Part shown: piece after piece, positions 59,143 through 64,000 of the stretch | Numbering within the stretch: the stretch's first letter is position 1 | How the letters are laid out: the number at the start of each line of letters is the position of its first letter | Assembly (NCBI GenBank): GCA_903860135.1 | Contig: CAIOPG010000007.1 | Location: 66,100-130,099 of the forward strand | Direction of reading: 5' to 3' | From: Candidatus Omnitrophota bacterium | Lineage (GTDB): Bacteria > Omnitrophota > Gorgyraeia > Zapsychrales > Fredricksoniimonadaceae | DNA: 64,000 bases | The notes under the pieces: model-generated | The model's database searches: none | Seen by the model: the letters and a program-made list of their open reading frames with translations, nothing else | What the model was told of the DNA's origin: nothing | Position numbers and translations under genes: made by a program

Positions 59143-60627
59143 GTGTCCAGAGAGATCCTCATTCATGTGGCTGATGGCGAACGTCGCGTTGCTATCGTTG
59201 AAAACAAGCACCTTGATGATTTTTACATTGAAATTGACCGGCATCGGTCAACCCTCGGGAATATTTACAAGGGCAGGGTCGAGTCCATCCTTCCGTCGAT
59301 CAATGGGGCTTTTGTTAATATCGGTCAGGAGCGCAATGGGTTTTTGTATTTGACCGACGCGGATCATCCGTATGTTCAGGACTTTGACAACCTCAATGGT
59401 CCAGGTGCTGCCGCACAGGGTTTTTTTGACAAGTTGTTGAATCGTAAGCCGAAGTCGTCCTCCGTTGCTGTAGCGGTTGATACCGAGGGAAATGCGCCGG
59501 CTCCAGCCTCCTCACCTGAAGCGGTTGAAGTTCTTAAGCCTGCCGAGAGCGCGTCGGTCCCTGCTAAGGTCGAGGCGTCGAACGCTGGCGGACAGGGTCG
59601 TGGACGGGGTCGTTTCGGGCGTCAGCAGGGCGGTGCTAAAGAACGACCTGTATCGTTGAAAGTCGGGCAGGAAGTGCTTGTTCAGGTTGAAAAAGACCCC
59701 TTCGGTACTAAAGGTGCCCGTTTGACAACTCACCTTTCTATTCCGGGAAGGTTCGTTGTTTATATGCCGTATGACAAGCACATTGGTGTTTCGCAAAAGA
59801 TTGAGTCTATTGAAGAGCGCCAGCGGTTGCGTGACATTATTAAGGAATGTGATTTTGCCAAGGATGGTGGTTTTATCATCCGCACCGTTTCTTTCGGGCA
59901 GGAAAAGGAAGAGCTTTTGAATGATGCGCGCTTTGTTCATGAGAAATGGCAGAAGGTCGTCAAACTCGCCAAAGAGAAAAAAGCACCCGCGATCATTTAT
60001 CAGGAAGGCGACATCATCTGGAAAGTCGTTCGTGATTTCTTCCGCAAGGAAGTGACCGGTGTCCATATTGATTCCAAGGAAGAGCATGAACAACTGGTGA
60101 AGTATGTCGAGTCGCTGGTCGGGAAACCCGCGCTTAAAAAGGTGCATTACTACGGTGGCGAAGCCTCGATCTTTGAGGCGCATAAGATTTCGGCCGAGCT
60201 TGACCGGATCTACGACCAAAAGGTTTTTCTTAAGACAGGTGCTTATCTTGTCATCGAACCCACCGAAGGGGTCACGGTCATCGATGTCAACAGCGGCCGT
60301 TATAAGACATCCGCGTCGCCGGAAGATGCGGCATTCAATGTCAATATCGAGGCTGCGCCCGAGATCGCGCGCCAGTTGCGCCTGAGGGATCTGGGCGGCA
60401 TTATTGTTATTGATTTCATTGATATGTCCCGGGAAGATCACAAACGTAAGGTTCTTGACGTGCTCAAGGCCGAGCTCGCGCGCGACCTTTCCAAAACCGA
60501 AGTGAACAAGATCTCAAGCCTGGGGCTTGTGGAGATGACCCGTGAGCGCGCCGGCAAGACCATTGAATCGTTGAAGTTCGCCGAGTGCCCTTATTGTCAC
60601 GGCCGCGGCAGGGTCAAGATCGACTAG
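59143..60627 (+). CDS. Ribonuclease E/G family (Rng-length)
   Basis: GNIYKGRV, AFV.IG, KGARLT, IDVNSG, QLRLRDLGGIIVIDFIDM and CPYCHGRG motifs. Confidence 0.96.
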   Translation: MSREILIHVADGERRVAIVENKHLDDFYIEIDRHRSTLGNIYKGRVESILPSINGAFVNIGQERNGFLYLTDADHPYVQDFDNLNGPGAAAQGFFDKLLNRKPKSSSVAVAVDTEGNAPAPASSPEAVEVLKPAESASVPAKVEASNAGGQGRGRGRFGRQQGGAKERPVSLKVGQEVLVQVEKDPFGTKGARLTTHLSIPGRFVVYMPYDKHIGVSQKIESIEERQRLRDIIKECDFAKDGGFIIRTVSFGQEKEELLNDARFVHEKWQKVVKLAKEKKAPAIIYQEGDIIWKVVRDFFRKEVTGVHIDSKEEHEQLVKYVESLVGKPALKKVHYYGGEASIFEAHKISAELDRIYDQKVFLKTGAYLVIEPTEGVTVIDVNSGRYKTSASPEDAAFNVNIEAAPEIARQLRLRDLGGIIVIDFIDMSREDHKRKVLDVLKAELARDLSKTEVNKISSLGLVEMTRERAGKTIESLKFAECPYCHGRGRVKID

Positions 60628-60750
60628 AAAAAGGCGGCTTGATCTTTTCTCTGGCAATAATCAGGTATTTATATATAATACAGCATCTTTACGGCAGGCT
60701 CCAGGGGATGGGGCGGCAAATGATCTAACAAAGTACCGGAGGTTTCACGT

Positions 60751-61065
60751 ATGTACGCAGTCATTCAGGTGGGCTCTTTTCAGTTCAAGGTCGCCGAGGG
60801 CGATTTGATCGACGCGCCCAAGCTCGATAGCGAGGTCGGACAGACCTTTGACATTACCGACGTTCTCCTTTATGCCGATGGCGAGGATGTGCGTGTCGGA
60901 GATCCTTTCGTTAAGGGGGTTACCGTCGGCACCAAGATCGTCCGTCATTTCCGTGATGACAAAGATATCAGTTTCAAGTTCAAGAAGCGCAAGGATTCAC
61001 GCAAAACCATCGGGCACCGCCAGGACTTGACAGCGCTTCAGATCACCAGCATTGCGGTTCAATAA
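60751..61065 (+). CDS. rplU: 50S ribosomal protein L21
   Basis: MYAVI..G..Q.KV..GD, G.PFV and GHRQ motifs. Confidence 0.96.
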   Translation: MYAVIQVGSFQFKVAEGDLIDAPKLDSEVGQTFDITDVLLYADGEDVRVGDPFVKGVTVGTKIVRHFRDDKDISFKFKKRKDSRKTIGHRQDLTALQITSIAVQ

Positions 61066-61074
61066 GCTGCCCCC

Positions 61075-62052
61075 ATGGCCTTCGTCGATTCCGCACGGAT
61101 CTATATCAAGGCAGGCGGCGGCGGCAAGGGGTGTGAAAGCCATTACCGCGATCTGTGGATGCGTTATCCCCGTGCAGACGGTGGTGACGGCGGCGGCGGC
61201 GGGAGCGTTATCTTTGTTGCGGCCTCTAATATCCACACCCTTCTTGATTACAGGTTCAAACAGCATTACCAGGGCGAGCGCGGCGGGCACGGTGGTAGCA
61301 GTGGCATGACCGGCAGTACCGGTGATGATTGTTTCTTGCGTGTGCCTGTCGGGACCGTCCTTTGGGATGATAACACGGGGCTGCTGATCCGTGATCTGTC
61401 GACGCCAGGTGAGCGTGTTATTGTCGCTCTCGGCGGATCCGGCGGCATCGGCAACAAGCGGCGCAAGACGGTCCATCCGCCGACCCTCGGCGAGGAAAAG
61501 ATCATTCGTCTTGAACTGAAGATCATTGCTGATGTCGGGCTGGTGGGCTTCCCCAATGCGGGCAAATCGACCATCATCAACAATATTTCCAAGGTTAAAT
61601 CGAAGATCGCCAACTATCCTTTCACCACCAAGCACCCTGTGTTGGGGATCGTGGAAACGGATACTTTTAATTTTATTGTTGCGGACCTCCCCGGATTGAT
61701 CGAAGGGGCGCACCTCGGCAAGGGGCTCGGCATCAAGTTTCTCAAGCATGCCGAACGCACCAAGGTTCTTGTCCAGGTCATTGATATGGCTGGCACCGAG
61801 GACCGTGACCCGCTGGAGGATTACCAGTCCATTGTATTTGAGCTGGAACAGTACAGCGACCTGCTGGCGCATAAACAACGGGTCGTCGTGGCCAACAAGA
61901 TGGATTTGCCGTCGGCGAAGAAACATCTTAAACGATTCAAAAGAAAATTCGACGTCGATATCATCGAGGTCTCGGCACTGGAGCACAAGGGTATCGAGGG
62001 GTTGGTCGACGCCATGGCGGCCATCCTAAAACCTTCGGTCAAGGGTGAGTGA
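61075..62052 (+). CDS. obgE: GTPase ObgE/CgtA
   Basis: FVD, Gly-rich Obg fold, VGLVGFPNAGKST, YPFTT, DLPGLIEGA and NKMD. Confidence 0.97.
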   Translation: MAFVDSARIYIKAGGGGKGCESHYRDLWMRYPRADGGDGGGGGSVIFVAASNIHTLLDYRFKQHYQGERGGHGGSSGMTGSTGDDCFLRVPVGTVLWDDNTGLLIRDLSTPGERVIVALGGSGGIGNKRRKTVHPPTLGEEKIIRLELKIIADVGLVGFPNAGKSTIINNISKVKSKIANYPFTTKHPVLGIVETDTFNFIVADLPGLIEGAHLGKGLGIKFLKHAERTKVLVQVIDMAGTEDRDPLEDYQSIVFELEQYSDLLAHKQRVVVANKMDLPSAKKHLKRFKRKFDVDIIEVSALEHKGIEGLVDAMAAILKPSVKGE

Positions 62053-62857
62053 TGTTATGCCGCGCAGGTTCCCCCGCAAGCTAAAACGTGTGGTCATCAA
62101 GGTGGGTTCAAGCCTGCTGGCCAATCATTTGATGAAGCCGCAGGAAACTTCCCTGAAGTCGCTCGTCAATCAGATTTGTGATCTTAAAGACAAAGGTATC
62201 GAGGTCGTTTTCGTCAGTTCCGGAGCCATTGCCCTTGGTCTTGGTGAATTGGGGATCCGTGTTCGTCCGACGGATACGCCTTCGTTGCAGGCCGCTGCCG
62301 CGGTGGGGCAGGCTCTGCTCATGCGTCTTTATGGTGATCTTTTTAAAAAACGTGGGCGTGTGTGCGCGCAGATCCTTTTGACCTGGGATGATTTTAACAC
62401 TCAATTGCGTCATCGCAATGCCTGCAATACCCTTAATGTTCTTCTGGGGCGAGGGGTTGTGCCCATCATCAATGAGAACGACACTATTTCTACCGATGAG
62501 ATAAAGTTCGGCGATAATGACAAGCTTTCGGCAATGGTTGCGGCCATGGCTCGGGCTAACCTTCTGGTGATGCTGTCGGATGTCGACGGGCTTTACAGGA
62601 AGGAAGGCGGGAAGCTGACCGAAAAGATCAGCGAGATCCACGCCATCACCGACGACATCAGGGCGATGGCGGGTGGAGCGCGCGACAGGAACTTCTCCAA
62701 AGGCGGCATGATCACCAAGCTCAATGCGGTAGAGATCGCGGCACTAGCGCAGGTGCCCTGCATCATCGCTAATGGCCAGACACCGGAGGTGATCCGGCGG
62801 ATCATCCTCGACGGGGAGCCGCTGGGGACATATTTTCTGAGAAAGCCGGCAAGATAA
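62045..62857 (+). CDS. proB: Glutamate 5-kinase (no PUA domain)
   Basis: VIKVGSS, VSSGA, INENDT, FGDND and GGM.TK motifs. Confidence 0.96.
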   Translation: MSDVMPRRFPRKLKRVVIKVGSSLLANHLMKPQETSLKSLVNQICDLKDKGIEVVFVSSGAIALGLGELGIRVRPTDTPSLQAAAAVGQALLMRLYGDLFKKRGRVCAQILLTWDDFNTQLRHRNACNTLNVLLGRGVVPIINENDTISTDEIKFGDNDKLSAMVAAMARANLLVMLSDVDGLYRKEGGKLTEKISEIHAITDDIRAMAGGARDRNFSKGGMITKLNAVEIAALAQVPCIIANGQTPEVIRRIILDGEPLGTYFLRKPAR

Positions 62858-62908
62858 AAAGAGCCGCCAAGCTGGCGCATAATCGCACGGCTTCAACTTA
62901 GAGGACGT

Positions 62909-64000
62909 ATGGATATTCAAAAGACTATTCTAAAACAGGTCAGGGAAGCCCGCGCGGCAGCCTTGCAGTCGGCGCTCTTGACAACGGCGGCAAAGAATAC
63001 AGCACTCAAGGCCATGGCCCAGGCATTGGGCGATCAAGCGGCGTTGATCCTTAAAGAGAACGCGAAAGATGTGGCGGCAGCCAAACTTTCCGGCCTTGCC
63101 CCGGCCTTGATCGAGCGTCTGACGCTCAATGAATCCCGTGTCAGGGCGATGGCGCTCGGCATCCTTGATATTGTTAAATTAAAAGACCCTGTGGGCGAGG
63201 TCATGCAGGTGTCCGTGCGCCCCAATGGCCTGGCGATCAAGAAAGTGCGCGTCCCTATCGGGGTTGTGGCCATTATTTATGAGGCACGGCCCAATGTGAC
63301 GGCGGATTGCGCCGCCTTATGCCTCAAGTCCGGTAATGCCGTGATCCTTAAGGGCGGCAAAGAGGCGATCTTTTCCAATATGGCTATTTACAAGATTTTA
63401 AAAGGAGCGTTGGCGGGCACGGCGGTGCCTACCGGGGCACTGCAGTTTATCACGTCGACGGATCGTGCGGCTGTGACCGAACTGCTCAAGATGGACCAAT
63501 GGGTTGACCTTGTGGTGCCTCGCGGCGGCGAAGGCTTGATCCGTTTTGTGGCGGAACATTCGCGCATTCCCGTTGTCAAGCATTACAAGGGCGTGTGCCA
63601 TACGTATGTGAGCGATAAAGCAGACCTTAAGAAAGCCGCCGCTATTTGTTTTAACGCGAAAGTCCAGCGCCCCGGTGTTTGCAATGCCATGGAAAAAATG
63701 CTGGTCCATGAAAATGTGGCGAAAGTATTTTTGCCCGCCATGATCCGGCGTTTGCGTGAGGCCGGGGTTGAGATCCGCGGTGATGAAGCGGTGCGCCGTA
63801 TCGCGCCGGATGTTAAGAAGGCCGTTGCAGCAGATTGGCACACGGAGTATCTTGATTTGATCCTCACGGTCAAGGTGGTTAACGATGTTCAGGCGGCAGT
63901 AACGCATATTAATACATACGGGTCACGCCACTCAGATGCGATCGTGACCAAAGATAAAAAAGAAGCGGATGCTTTCCTTAAAGGTGTGGATTCCGCCTGT
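62909..64000 (+). CDS. proA: Gamma-glutamyl phosphate reductase (continues past window end)
   Basis: Not in the ORF track; translated by eye: MDIQKTILKQ..., RVPIGVVAIIYEARPNVT, LKSGNAVILKGGKEA, PRGGEGLI, GVCNAMEK, TEYLDL. Confidence 0.95.
   Translation, partial: MDIQKTILKQVREARAAALQSALLTTAAKNTALKAMAQALGDQAALILKENAKDVAAAKLSGLAPALIERLTLNESRVRAMALGILDIVKLKDPVGEVMQVSVRPNGLAIKKVRVPIGVVAIIYEARPNVTADCAALCLKSGNAVILKGGKEAIFSNMAIYKILKGALAGTAVPTGALQFITSTDRAAVTELLKMDQWVDLVVPRGGEGLIRFVAEHSRIPVVKHYKGVCHTYVSDKADLKKAAAICFNAKVQRPGVCNAMEKMLVHENVAKVFLPAMIRRLREAGVEIRGDEAVRRIAPDVKKAVAADWHTEYLDLILTVKVVNDVQAAVTHINTYGSRHSDAIVTKDKKEADAFLKGVDSAC

Noticed and set aside
60690-60750. L21 leader RNA
   Set aside because: The leader is GC-rich, but I could not support a specific conserved structure by eye.
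59512-61986. Long minus-strand ORFs 59512-60441 and 60997-61986
   Set aside because: They are antisense to well-conserved RNase E/G and obgE and show codon-mirror composition.

Overview
A gene-dense, GC-rich bacterial chromosome segment, almost all on the + strand, using the standard genetic code. Gene order and protein style suggest a PVC-superphylum or candidate-phylum organism, possibly Ca. Omnitrophota; this is an unverified inference. The window opens with the end of a surface-polysaccharide locus (two O-antigen-ligase-like proteins, GT4, WecB/TagA, WcaJ-like transferase) interrupted by an AT-rich AbiEi/AbiEii toxin-antitoxin pair. Next come pgk-tpiA-secG and an Opp/Dpp ABC transporter operon, split by a DUF1016/YhcG nuclease gene that sits between two ~55-bp direct repeats. 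Housekeeping genes follow: glgC, fabV, smc, cvpA, dnaG, rpoD, tRNA-Ile2(CAT), tRNA-Val(CAC) with a duplicated 3' end, rnhA overlapping RNase P RNA, yebC-ruvC-ruvA-scpB-pheA-hisC-tyrA-cmk-lepA-lepB-pgsA-plsY, and nadC. The last third holds envelope lipoproteins, a receiver/CheX-like/receiver trio, pckA, DsbA-MauE-Memo/AMMECR1, rodA, two stand-alone MshEN proteins with a pilin, RNase E/G, rplU-obgE-proB and the start of proA. No CRISPR array, rRNA, transposase or integrase was seen. The most notable signals are short palindromic repeats at the edges of defence-type genes inserted into operons, an SMC apparently lacking the canonical hinge, a kinase-less receiver/CheX-like module, a tRNA-derived repeat element, and a CDS that reads into RNase P RNA. 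All calls come from reading motifs by eye; no database searches were run.
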